Assembly: GCA_003344405.1 (NCBI GenBank)
Contig: NOWV01000281.1
Coordinates: 1 to 64,000, forward strand
Length of the DNA: 64,000 bases
DNA from: Trichoplax sp. H2
Lineage: Eukaryota
Direction of reading: 5' to 3'
Shown: in pieces, positions 40,301 to 53,483 of the stretch
Layout of the letters: each line of letters begins with the position of its first letter
Numbering within the stretch: the stretch's first letter is position 1
Program-made: the position numbers and the translations under genes
The notes under the pieces: generated by a model
The model's database searches: none
What the model was told of the DNA's origin: nothing
What the model saw: only the letters and a program-made list of their open reading frames with translations

Positions 40301-42339
40301 GGTTGAAAAATTGGCCGATGATCATTGCTATCGGTTACTGTAATAATAACTTGCGTTGTCGATGTAATTGTCGGTTGATTATTTCTATTTTCAGCATAAA
40401 CTGTTAAGGTATAGCTTGCGATGGATTCACGATCGATCGTTGATTTCAAAGTTAATACTCCAGTTAGTGTATCAAGTTGAAATGGAACAGCTGATTCAAC
40501 CAGATGATAGTATAGAGGTAGATTTTGACTTCCTTGCGATAGCGTTGCATAGACAGTTAAGATATAGGTCGATGGCTGGCTTGATTCATTAACTTGTCCT
40601 TGATATTGGGTAGCATTAAATACTGGTAATGGAATAGTAGAAGGATCGACAACAGAAATAGTGACTTGAGAGGTAGCTGAATATCGCTCCGATGTTGCAT
40701 TTTCAGTCGCATCGATTGTTAATTTTCGCACTTGGCCAATTTGCAAAGGGACATTGGATGATTTATTCATTAAGATATTACCCTGCTGATCGATTTGAAA
40801 AGCAAAATCGTTATTGCCAGTTAAGATCTGATATTGTAATTGACTATTGCTACCAGTATCATTATCGTAAGCTAACGTTCGTAGGACAAATACTCCACCA
40901 CGACTATTTTGAGGTAGAAGAGCAGAATATTCAGAACGTTGAAAATGGGGTTGATGATCATTATCATCAGTGACTTGGATGGTTAATATCCCACTAGACA
41001 TAATATTGGGATGTTTACTATCTGTAGCGTTAATGGTTAATTGATACTGGCTGATATTTTCCCGATCTAATGGTTTAACGTTAATCACCAAGGCAGGATT
41101 TTCTCGAGCATCTAATTGGAAAACCTGGCCAATATTACCAGCAGTAATATTGACATGGACAGGTCCTTCTACATCTGCTTGGTTATAAATAGTTGTCACA
41201 AAGGCAACTAAGGCTCTATCCACACTATTCTCAGGGACATAAGCAATCGATCCTGATGGAAAAGGTTGAATATTTAATGTAATAGCATTGGGATTAATGA
41301 CTTTAATGCTGACGATCGTTTGTTGAGTATTGCTCGGTTGGCCATGATCGCTAGCAGTCACGGCGATAGTATACGATGTTTGTGTTGGCTGGCGTCGAAG
41401 AGTAATGGCACCTGTGGTAGCATTGATGTTAAAATCATTTTGTACTGTCTTAAAGGCATAACTAACTAGACCAAATTGGCCATCATCACTATCTTCAGCA
41501 TGAACAGTTACGATTAAAGTGCCAATCGATGCTGTAGAGAGAATATCTCCTTGATAGGAAGCTTGTTGAAATTTTGGTGCATTATCGTTAATATCTAAAA
41601 CATAAACATCTAATCGTGTATAACCGACATATTGATTTTTTTGGCTATCGGTTGCTGAAATGTTGATTGCATAATACGATTGTTGTTCTCGATCGAATTT
41701 CTTGATCAGTTGGAGATATAAAACATCACCTTTGGTAATTAAGTTAAAGTGGCCAGTTTCATTGCCAGAGACGATATGATAGAGGATAGCACCATGATCT
41801 GGATCAGCATCGCTAGCTTGGCCAATATGATAATCGGCACCGACATTGGCACTTTCTGAGATATTGACGATATAGCGAGAAGATGGAAATCGTGGAGGAT
41901 TATCGTTGACATCGAGGACACGGATGTTAATATCGAATATTTGATCTGCACCACTTGAACCGCTACAATATCGAGCAATTTTCAAGGTGATGCTCGAGGT
42001 GGCTATATTTTCTCGATCAATACTACGATTGGTAATTAAGCAGCCATTGCTGGTGTCGCTAAATCGGAAATAACTAGCATAACTGCTACTTTGTTGGTTA
42101 ATGGCATAATTGCAATTAGTTCGAGCATCGCCAATGCAGCCAATGGCTTGATTTTGAGCACTTCCATCGGTAACATTAAATGAAGTAACGACTTGGGCTA
42201 AACTGCTGTGATGATGCCCACAACTGGTTAAAAGGATGAATAAATAAAAGAGTTTTATGACCAATGGAATAGTTTGACTATGGATTGGACGATAGCCACC
42301 GGATTGTGGTAAGAAAGGAATTGATATTTTTATTGCCAT
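34345..42339 (-). CDS. FAT4: Fat4/Fat-type atypical cadherin (~2227 aa): signal peptide, ~11 cadherin repeats, EGF-LamG-EGF-LamG-3xEGF, TM helix, ~420-aa cytoplasmic tail
   Basis: Exons 42339-38332, 37712-37624, 37278-36977, 36729-36494 and 36393-34345, GT-AG and phase-consistent (6684 nt). DRE, DxNDNxP and AxDxD cadherin motifs; LamG motifs NDGLWHRI and HDGLWHTV; TM IALILAIVFAAISSIVIAILIYIVV followed by KKERRRRR. The tail has EHYDLD and ends PPAEYV, resembling recalled Fat4 and Drosophila Fat tail motifs. Orthology is inferred. Confidence 0.9.
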
Positions 42340-45300
42340 ATTAGAATTCCAAAAGAGGATAAATTAATAAAAAGAATAGAGTGATGGGTAAAAGATGATT
42401 CCAATTCAAGATGGAGAAGACGACGTAAATATCGGCTTAAATAAGAAAAAACAAAAAATGGCGTACAGAGGGTTGAAATAGTAAAGGATTTCTTTATTTC
42501 TTGGCAGTTAGTGTAGAATAGATCTGGATTACTGTACCATGAAAGAAATATTGATCCTTGACCGTTATTTTTACGGAATATTGTCTGGGGGGAAAATGAT
42601 GAGAAAACTAACGTTAGTCGATTTGAATGAGGGACAAGTATGCTCCATGTCCATCGATTGAAGAATTTTATTGAGTAATTGGATTACCTTTCTATATCGT
42701 TGTCTTCAATTTCTTTTAACAAGATGCCGATGAGAAGCAATTGAAAAGCCCGTACTATTCTTTAACATCAAATGGATTGCGTGATTGACTAGTAATAGCC
42801 AATTCAATTAATGCAGCGATTTTTTGCGGTACAATTGCAAGTAATCGATTCTCTACAACCACAAATGGAACAACGATCAAAGGTTAGATGGGCAATAATC
42901 AACGATGGATTAATGGGCTAATTTTCTTATTGAAATCAATTTCACTAATTGCTTGTTAAAGTAGAGTAGTACTTCAAAATTGATGGCTACCACGCTTGAT
43001 CAATAGGATTGATTAGAAATATAAGAAAAAGGAGAAAGCTGTTTAACTACACATTGAATCGCTGCAAGAGTTTGTGTTGCTAAAGAGTTAGAAAAGAAAA
43101 TTGGTTAACTGTAGTTTTACTGACTTACCGATTGACTTTGAAAGGAAGTATCGTGGAGTTGAAATTCTTCTTTTTCACTAATGGCCAAGATTGGCGTTGT
43201 TGTAGTAAGCAAAGCTTTTGATGCTGGCCGGCTTGTTGAATAAACTACGATCGAATTGGAAATGATTTCTAACTGGACGAATGGATTTGTTACAGCAAAT
43301 TAACAGTTAAATTTCATTTTCGTTAATGATTTGGATAAAATAATGAATTGTAATCTATTTCCTGAATGAAATGAAGACTTTAAAGTATACAATATTGCTA
43401 CAATGTTCTTTCTGGCTTGAATAGAAATTTTGTGAGGATTTTCCTTCTTTGAAAGAATAGAGACTTGAACTTGGATTACTACAATTTTTTTTTCTTGACT
43501 AAGTCGTTGAAAACCAAGGTTAACCACTACAATTTAACTACTACGTGTAAAAATGAATATTTTTCCCCCTTTTCCTTTCAACAATGGATAAGAAAAATTG
43601 AAGAAAAGGTGATAATCCAAAGATGGACTGTTACGAGTTTAAACCATACCATGCCGCCATCGTAATGCGACTATGGTTTGGAGAAAAAAAGAGAGGAGAT
43701 GGTTGTAAGCTGTGTAGTAATAGTTGAAGTAGTTTCTGCTTAGGACTAAATTAGAAGTAGAAAGAAGAGTAGATAAGGATAATATTGAAGGATTGGACGA
43801 CTTCAATTAGCCCTCATTAGGGCCAAATGGACAAGTAATCAATCGACAAGCGATTCCTCTTTCTTCTTGGATGAGCAATAGAGAATAGAAGGCAAGAGAC
43901 GCTGTATTTATTAATAACCAGTAAATGGGTCTTGTCTCGGATAATATTGACTAACTAAAGATTAAAAGGCTGTCAATTCTTTCTTTCAATAATTAGAATA
44001 GAGATAGGTAATGGCTTTTTCTTTTTACTTCATTGAGACAGCAGTATAGAGTTGCTAGAAGCCACCAAGAGTTGAACCATGTTTTGTATCCGGTGCGTCG
44101 ATAAAAGTAGAAATTAACTTTAGGCGTAATTTTTTTTTTTTCTTCTCCTGCCTTTCTCTCTCTTCTTTAATTTAACGATGTCTGTCTTTTGCTAACATTC
44201 AATATTATTTCAATATCATTACCAGAGGCATTAATAAATGTAACGTTGATAATATTGAAAATAGGAGGAAAAAAGAAGAATGTAGCTAATACTATTGGAA
44301 GAGACACATTCAAAACGCGTAATTTCAAGCTAATTAAATAATAAGAGAGTAAGAATAAGAATAAAGAAATAAAACAGAAATAACTTGGAGTTAATGGTGA
44401 TTACTGTCCAAAGATTGAAATAGTATTGAAAAGATGATTGGACAATATGTTTTAGACGGTTTAATCCAATTGTAGATAGAAGAGACTCGTTGGATATGCA
44501 GTCAGAAAAAAATAGCAATGGCGTCTAAATCAACACAATTGGTAAGTAATGAGTGAGTAAGAGAGGAGATGCTAATGGAATAATTTAATTCAATATTATG
44601 CCAATCAGGACAGTATTCAACACATTCTTGGCTGAGGAAACTGTCAGGTTAGACACTTACTACAAGTCCTTTAGCCTAGTCTAGTTATTCTTCTACGGAG
44701 AAAAGATCGCGCAAACATCCACTCTCATCTCCTACAGGCTTCTTTTCTTTCCCTTATTGTCAATAAAATTATAATCAATATGGAAAAGGAGGAAAGAACA
44801 ATGGCTAACCTTGGCTCAAGTTAAACAAAAGTTGGAGGAAGAATAAGAAAGAGAGCGGGGGTAAAGGAAGGAGAGAATGGAGGATGAATTTCAAAGTCTG
44901 ATTTGGCTTTAGACCACCTTGGGTTAACATTGTCTACCTACAGAGAACATGGCTACTGATTGCAATGGCAAATTGGCAAGCAACACCTTCATCTTCTAAG
45001 TAGACCTCCTGGTGATTTCATGATTGCTTGAATGATATGGTCCATGTCATTTTAGCAAAATAAGAAGTAATTTCAATTCAATTCTGAAGTAGACAACCCT
45101 TCTAATGACATTGTTTATGAAATATACCCTTATCCTTGCCGCTCAACCATGAGCAAGGAGGGCAGCAAGCATAATAACTCGATTACGCCATCGTATAACG
45201 AAGAATCCCTTTCTCGATGCTGGTATCCAAGGGATATTATCTAGGCAAAGATTAGCCTTGCCATGTTGTAATTGATTTTATTCCTTCAAGGGTTTGTTAT

Positions 45301-46490
45301 CGGAATTGAAAGATGAATGGATCAAGGATAATTTCATCCTTACTATTTATCCTTCTACTCATCTTTTCTACCTATCTTTTCTACTAAAATTTTCATCAAC
45401 AATTGCCATGTTGAGTGAGAAGAATGAATTCAAAAAGGAGAGAGAAAGTGGTATTCTTATTTATTACCGCTTGAATCATTTCTCTCTTGCTTTATGAAAG
45501 TTGGATCGTATGAGTCATGACTCAGAAAATAAGGGAATGAATATAAATGGATCCTACTGATCGATGGTTTTTGCTTTCAGCTAGCAGGGAAATGAGAGAT
45601 GATGGAAGGGTTTGTATCACGTTAAGCTGGTTTCATTCTTTTCTAGGAAAGGATTATCTTGTTGTGACATGGAAAGTCGACATGGAATATCAACATGTAG
45701 CTTGTATTGTAGGCTACAATAATCCCTAGCTAGCCCAATAACTACTATTTCATTGGACTACAACTACAAAAATACTACAATGCTATTAATGATGGAGAAC
45801 ATGGCAATCCATAGGCAATCTTTTTTATATAGAACTAGAAAAATCGTTCAGGTAGACCTCAATTGCATCTTGCTACCGTAAGGAAGGAGAAACATTGAAA
45901 TGGCTTACTATCAACAGAGAGTAGAAATGGATACTCATATTATTTTTGTCTCTCTCCTCTTGTACATAGACATCATTATGTATATATACACTGAGCGTCT
46001 TGTTTCATCAATATTGCCGAATATTGTCTTGGTTGACTGTTGATCCATTCTGTCTCAAGATGAGGGAAAGAACAAAAGTATTAGCAGCAAAACTAAGCAA
46101 ATACAATCGTTATGGCCGTTAGAATCTGTTCTGACTGGTTGATGGAAATCAATCCGATGAATAATGGATAAATAATCTTATTGATACCGGCGATCGATTA
46201 TTAATAGACTGTAGAAAGGATCAATTGAAATAGACGTCATAAGATGGCAACAATCAATCCCTTAGCAATGGCTTGCTACAGTTGACATTTCCATTTCAAT
46301 TATAGCGGAATCAAAATGTCAAATGTGCTGCATGATGGATTAAGACAAAAACATTTTCATCCTTCATGTTAATTTATTCTTTTGTCCATGTATTCAAATG
46401 CGACCACCCATCTCCATCATTTCGTTGGAATGTCTTTCTATTTGCGATTATAATTGACTAAATAAATAAATAAATAGAAATAGACGGAAG

Positions 46491-47709
46491 AGAGAAAGAG
46501 ATGAATCAGCATGGTCCATATTGAATAGCCATCGTTCCCACACTCTCTTCGTCATCCTTACTATCTTGCTGTGTAGCCACTAATTACTCTATCGTAGCCC
46601 ATACAAATTGTGGTTTTCCAGTATTAGTGCCATAAATGGAGGAGAAATGCAATCGTTGTGCCTTCTATGCGATCGGCATCTATCAATCATTACCTTCATC
46701 CATATACATCACGGAAACCTTAAAGTCGGTCCTACTATCGGATAAGTTTGCTATCATGCAGTAGAAATGGAAGGCCAGTACAAATGAATACTCGTAGAAC
46801 ACAACAAGGGATAAATGGATCGCTTTGTATTACCTGCTTGGTTGATGAGAGACAAATATTCTCACCATTGGATTAGTCATCCCATAGGATTAACAGATTG
46901 AATGCTCAATATAGCGATGAGTAAAATAGAGTACTGTAGTTCCTACTTAAAATAACACGGAGAAAGGCGTAAATTCTACTATTGTCGGTTGTAGATTGAT
47001 TCTTTCTCACATTGGATTGGTCGCTGATAAGTACCGTAGCAACTTAAAGATCTAAAAGGTACTAAGAAATAGGATCATCAACATGATCTACTCTTGTCGA
47101 TGGCAGACCGGTATTGCTCGTTTTGGATTCGTCATCCATAGATGGTAGCTTGAATATTTCAACTAGGGCTACCTTGCATTCAGGAGCAAATGGCGCAGTC
47201 CCTGCTTAAATTAACACCGAAAAAGCATTCATCTGAATCTCCAAAGATGGTTTATTATATAGAATGATCTTCTTACATTGGGGTAGTCAACTATAAGGAA
47301 TAGCTTCAATACTATCAAAATCGGGGCTAATGGACATAGCATAGATACATTAGACAGGTTCAAGAGACAAAAATCAATTGATAAGATGGATAAGAAAGAG
47401 TGATATTTCTCTAACTAGGTTGAATATGCTAGAAAATATCTTTTTCCTAGGCAAATTAGTTATATAAACTAACTACCGTAGTAAAATAGTCAAGGTTGAA
47501 AGGGTGCTTTGCTTAGGACAGGAATCAATGTTATTTTATTCAAGAATACTATTTCTTATACCCGGCAAATCTTTCATAAGATAGATAAAGTTTCAACATG
47601 GGTTGCGATAGAAAGAAGATAAAAAGTTACTCTCAGTAGATAATAAGGGTAATGAGAAAAAGAGACGAATCAGCATGATCCATATTGAAAAAGAAAATTT
47701 CCCACACTC
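46491..47709 (+). repeat. Dispersed ~55-bp direct repeat (46491-46545 and ~47655-47709)
   Basis: aaagagatgaatcagcatggtccatattgaa...ttcccacactc versus aaagagacgaatcagcatgatccatattgaa...ttcccacactc. Confidence 0.7.
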
Positions 47710-48669
47710 GATTGGCCACCCCCTCGGGTCCGCTCTACAGTATCTTAACTAACATCGCAAATAAGTCGTAAACTCGCATAATATGCTATCTCATTAACGG
47801 ATTGAGGCCACGTGATGGAGAGGAAAAGGAAATTAAATAAATTTAACGAAGGATAAAGGTCATTTAGTGGTTCTAGTTTCAATCGTACAGTAGTAGAAAG
47901 TAGCTGGTAGTCGCGGAAGTATTCGATGTAAAAGCTAGCCCTTAAAATACCACTTGTGTAAGGACAAAACAGCAGTCAATATGGCACGATATTAATAATC
48001 TGGTAACCTGCTTGTTATCTATCAATAAACATATCTTGAATAATGGAAAGCCAGAGATTACACTAGATAATCTACAATCTAGATTACTACGACGCTGTTG
48101 GAGTAAAACACAGTTTAATTAAAAACAATAAAATAGGATTGCATTGAAAAGAATTATTAAGGAATGTTGATCGAGGAGGCACATTATCCATTTCACTAAA
48201 AGAAATAGTGTACAAGGGCAAAAGTCGGGCATAAGTGACTAACCAAGAGGGCTGATGGAGTAATATCGAGAAGAATACTAGAGTTAGGATGAGACTTGAG
48301 AATTCAAGACGAAAAGGGATAGATTGCAGTTCAATAAGTGAATGTGTGAATAAACTCGAATAGGATAATCTAGAACTAAAGCGATTGAGTCTTTTATTTT
48401 TCTAGCCGATTGAACAAAACAGAAGGATTCTTATCTACTGCAACATTAAATCATTATTCCGTAGTAAGGATTAAAATAAAGAATTAAGTCATGATACAGT
48501 CATTAAACTGTAGTGTTTGACCAACATAAAGATCTATGAGTAAATTTAAATGAATGAATACTAGGATAACTTCAAGGCTAATCAATCCGTGGTAAAAGAG
48601 TTTCAATGATAGCGAAACATTATGCCTCATTATGCTCATATTTCCTTGCTAATTCAACAAAATTAATGT

Positions 48670-49095
48670 ACGAATATCAATAACAATCGGATATTGTAGC
48701 AAGGTAAAATAATTATTCACTACCATAGGCAACAGAACTACTGTAACCTAAATTCATATACTAGTATCTGCGTCAATAATATAACAAGGGAAAATAAATA
48801 TCCTCTTTCATAGTCAAGCTAGTTTCAAATACTAGTATTTGTATCAATAATTATACTACAGCAAGAATAAAATAAATATCCATTTTCATAGTCAATTGAG
48901 TTACTGTAACCCAATTTTGAACGAGAGTTTCCGCATCAATAGTATTGTGATGGTAAAATAAATATCCACTTCCATGGTCAATAGAGCTACTATAACCTAA
49001 TTTCAAATACTAGTATCTGCATCAATAATAGGGCAAGGATTAAATAACTATCGACTTCCATGGTCAACAGAGCTAGTGTAACCCTATTTCAAGCG
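48670..49095. repeat. Decayed ~70-90-bp tandem array, ~5 copies
   Basis: Recurring actagtatctgc.tcaataat and aaaataaatatcc..ttc.at.gtcaa. Confidence 0.7.
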
Positions 49096-50960
49096 CAAGA
49101 ACAGGATCACTAAAGACCCAAAGATAAATGAGCGCGGCTATCAAATTATATTATTAATATTGGCAAAACATCAACTGTGGTATGCATGTCTATTCTTAGC
49201 TGAAAAATAAACAATTCTATGCCATCTCAAATCATTCTATTGATCAAGGTAATGAAATAAGACAACTCCAATGAATTCAGGTAATAGATACCCATGGTGT
49301 CCGTTAAAAGCGTTTTGTTAATAAAATCAACTTTTAGCCCCTGTTGATCGATCAATCTCGTTGGCGATATTTGATCATGCTGGCATGATCTCAACGATAG
49401 TATGCATCTATCGATAAAATAATGGACTGTTTATAATGATGATTAAGCACTGCTAGCAATAAAACAACCAATTCTCTGTCTACAAACCATTAAAGTATTA
49501 AGCAATTACGAGAAAAATTAAAAATTTTATGAGAAGAGATCCTGTAGAACTACTCTATCTATTCCTAACGGCTCTCGTTGCTATAACGAAGACCTAATTC
49601 AACGGCTGGATATAATAAAAATGTGTTTGAGAGTGTTGGCAAAGTATTATAGTAAGAGTCCATACAGTGGAGGGTAATATTGTTGCTCTTCTTAATAGAA
49701 ATCTTTGTCGTGATTACCTTTAAGAATACAATTGATGAATGAAAGGATATTGTTTATTTATTCAAAATTTTAAAATATTCAAATTGGGCAATTAGCTGAT
49801 GGAATGTGACAAAATTATTGTCACTTAAGGTCAGTATAGAAAGAGTTTCCTGCTTCCCGAATCATCTTCCGCCACCCCATTAAGTACAGGCCAATTATCA
49901 AGACAATCCGTTCAATCCAAATGATGACCAAGTACACGAATTAAGCAGAGTTATGCTTGCTTTCCAATGACCAGGACGTATAACTTTTCTGTAACATAGA
50001 TAGGACAAAACTCCATTTGGATTTGGCAATGTTTTTTGTTCTAATATCTATTTTTTGATACATTAGTAATTCAACCTTGATCTAAAGCTACATTGCTTCT
50101 ATTCTTCAACATAGTATAAATGTCCTACTGCTATTAAATATGGAGTCGTGGACCAATAGCTATCTAACATTTTCTCTACATCTATATTAAACTTATTCCA
50201 GGCCGATGTACAATTTAAAAGATAATTTTTGAGAGAAATAGATCACAGATTAGGTACAAGTATATTTAGAAAATTCGTTTACTCGTCTATCATGATAAAT
50301 GGATAGAAAGTAGTAGTGGTAAAAGTATCTTTTGTAAAAATCGTAGACAAGTTTTAAAATTAACAGAAATAATTAGTTCTTGTCTTGCTTGTATATTATG
50401 CTCTTGCATACTATCAGTAAAAAGGAGAATAGATTAGAAAGAAAGCCGGTTACTGATCAAACAGACACTCGATAATAATCGTGCAGATAGAACTTAATGG
50501 GATGATAGATGAATTACTAATTAAGAATGGCGACAGCCTCATGGGATGCAAATTATCTTTTAACATTACCACCTAGACTATTGAATGGTAAATTAGACTC
50601 GGATCCTATAGCTCTTGTAATATAAATTAAATAAATCAGAACGACAATTGAAGTAAATTATTCCTCATGATATGGACTTTTTATTCAATCGCATGACCTA
50701 TAATGCATCAGCAGGTTATAGAATCTTAAAATGCTTAGGAAGTTTGGCAAGAAATTAGCCTTTAATAGTAGCATAAGTGAAGCTGTAGAGATTTATGAAC
50801 TATGCAATACAAACGGCAATTGTTGAGATATCAAACTTCTAAATTGCTACACTTCCTAAATTAACTTGAATCTATTCTAATGATATGTATATCTACGTGA
50901 TTAATAAGAGTTTAAAAGTTAAAACTATGCGAATATAGTCCATGCCGATGTTTTAAGTAA

Positions 50961-50984
50961 TATATATATATATATATATATATA
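50961..50984. repeat. (TA)12 microsatellite
   Basis: Direct reading. Confidence 0.95.
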
Positions 50985-53163
50985 ACACAACAGTATAAGA
51001 TTACATATTTTCCAATTAGAAATAATTAACTAAAAAATTTCCATATTGTCTCTTTATTTGGCTCTTTTAGACAATTTACTAAAGCAATACAGCGAAGTAT
51101 AATTATAAGATTCTGTAACTTTCTTCAAAAATAATCTATTAAAAATTTTATTTATGTTATATCATTTTCATGGTAAGTTAATGTTTATGCTGTACAGTTA
51201 AATAAAACTATTAGATTGCAACCCTATTCCTAGCCTTTATCTATTAAAGATTTAAATCATTTAACATTCTACCATAAATCAAAATATCTTAATACTGGCA
51301 AAAGATATTGGATTAGACTTTGACTAATCTTAATCAAATATAAATTTTTTCCCAACCACTAATACTGCAATACTATAAAAGCTGATGTAAGAATCAGACT
51401 GTAAAGCGAATCTATTGAAGCTGCATATTATCGAGCAGTAATTCCATAATTGATTTTAATGTTTCTTATTCATGGCAGATAATTAAGCTTCATTTCATCA
51501 TAATCCAACAGAGTTTCATTTCTACCTGTAACCTTATTAAAAAGTTGCGAAGCCATGCCTAGCTGATTAAACAAAATTTCAAGGACCTAATATTAATTCC
51601 GTCATTTTATAGGAAAACTTACTACTCATCAAAAATAATTTAGTATTGAGTTAATCATAACCAAATAAAAATACATTTTAGTCAATAACTGCATAAATTA
51701 TAAAACTTTTGTACAACAGATGTGCTTAAGTTGAACTAATCAACAGGCCTTAAATCTCTGATTTGCTAGAAAATTGATCTTTCACGGAAGATAATCTATC
51801 GGATAAACGAACCATAAGCTTATATTCTATCTTAATCAAATAATAACTCTTTTCTACTAACAATGCTATAAAAATTGTTAAGCTACTGCCTAACTGATCT
51901 AATACAAAGCTTCAAATTCCAAATCGTAATCCCATAATTTATCGGAAAGCTTATTGCGCATTACAGATAAATTAAACATTGATTCAGATCTAATCAAATA
52001 GAAACTATTTTTAGCCAATAGCGTCGTAAAACTTATAAAGCTATCGATGGCTAATATACTAAAATATCGAACGTATTAAAGGTCTCAAATTTACCGCCTA
52101 TAGCCAGTAAGAAATGAAACATTGATTAATTAAATCTTAATCCAATAGAGACTCTTTTCGATATAGACGTTCTAAAACTATGGCAAAGCAGATGAAATAA
52201 ACGTTTCACTACCTAATTTTAAACTCATAGAATAGGCCCTTATCATGGATAATAAATTATCCAACCTCTATTCCATATTTAATCCCAAAAGTGATTAATC
52301 ATAACTAATATCTCGTACAAAATTAAAGAATGATTGAGAGACATCCAACTTGATTTCAATCATTAATTTTATAAGCTAGCATGTAATCTTTGTCTCACAT
52401 TACAGCTTTAAACTATAGCATCTTAATCCCATGATTCATCAGAATATTTACTATTGAGAGGAGATAATAATTTAAACATTAATTTAATCGTTATCAAATA
52501 CATGTTCTTTCAATAACTAGAGCTCAAACTGACTAGAAGACTCTTGCAACTTTGTGTATTCATCAAGCAAGTTTCTTGACATTATTAACTATCATCGATC
52601 ATTGAAATATGCATATTGTGTAGAAGAAAGTCGTATCCTGATTGTTTGGCAGCTGTTAATATTTATTTTATTATGTCTAATTTCCATTACCCAGTTGATC
52701 ATCAACATGAGCTAATTCAATATTCTAATTATCCAGGTAATCATGAAAGTATTTGGAGGTTATTGTTCCTAAATGCTACGTCATTCTTGATTATTTTATT
52801 CATTCACGATAAAGAGTAAGCATAAAGGAAATTTTAGGCGTGATGACTTTAATTATTTACCAGAACGATATTTAAAATCAATCTTAGCCAAAGCAGCTTC
52901 TATGTTTGGACCACGATTAGCGCTAATTCCAACCCCCTTTAATACTTGATTGATGGATAATTTCGATTATGCACTATAGCGTAGACTTTGGAGACATAAT
53001 TGCGTCGCTTATACGAATTATGGAGAATCGATTTTGAATGTTATAACTCAACTTTGTACATCTTCCAAGCTCTCCTAATTATATTATTAATTCAGTTGGA
53101 TTATTGATGTACCTAAACTAATCATTAATGTCTTTCACGTCCAAATGATGTCAGTCCCTATTC

Positions 53164-53483
53164 TAAATGATATCTGAAAGTTTAATCTTGGTCGAGATAA
53201 AGTTCTTTACTAAAACACCAATTAAGACTTTTTCCAGCCTTCTTTATTTTAGATTGATAGATAATTTTCGTTCGATACTTGAATATAGATTAAGAAGTAA
53301 TAATCAAGTCTTTACTACAAGTCAAATGATATCTTAAAGATTAATCTAAACCGAGATAAAGGTTCTTCACTAAAAAGTCAATTAAGTGTTAATTCCAGCC
53401 CTCTTTATGCTTGATTGATGGGTAATTTCCATTAGATACTTGAACATGGACTATCAAGTGAAAATTAAGTCTTCAATACAAAT
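53164..53483. repeat. Diverged ~160-bp tandem duplication
   Basis: aaatgatatct.aaag.ttaatct...cgagataaag...actaaaa...caattaag...ttccagcc at ~53165 and ~53324. Confidence 0.75.

Noticed and set aside
34628..41978. Small ORFs overlapping the cadherin exons (antisense or alternate frame)
   Set aside because: By-products of codon bias in the long cadherin exons.
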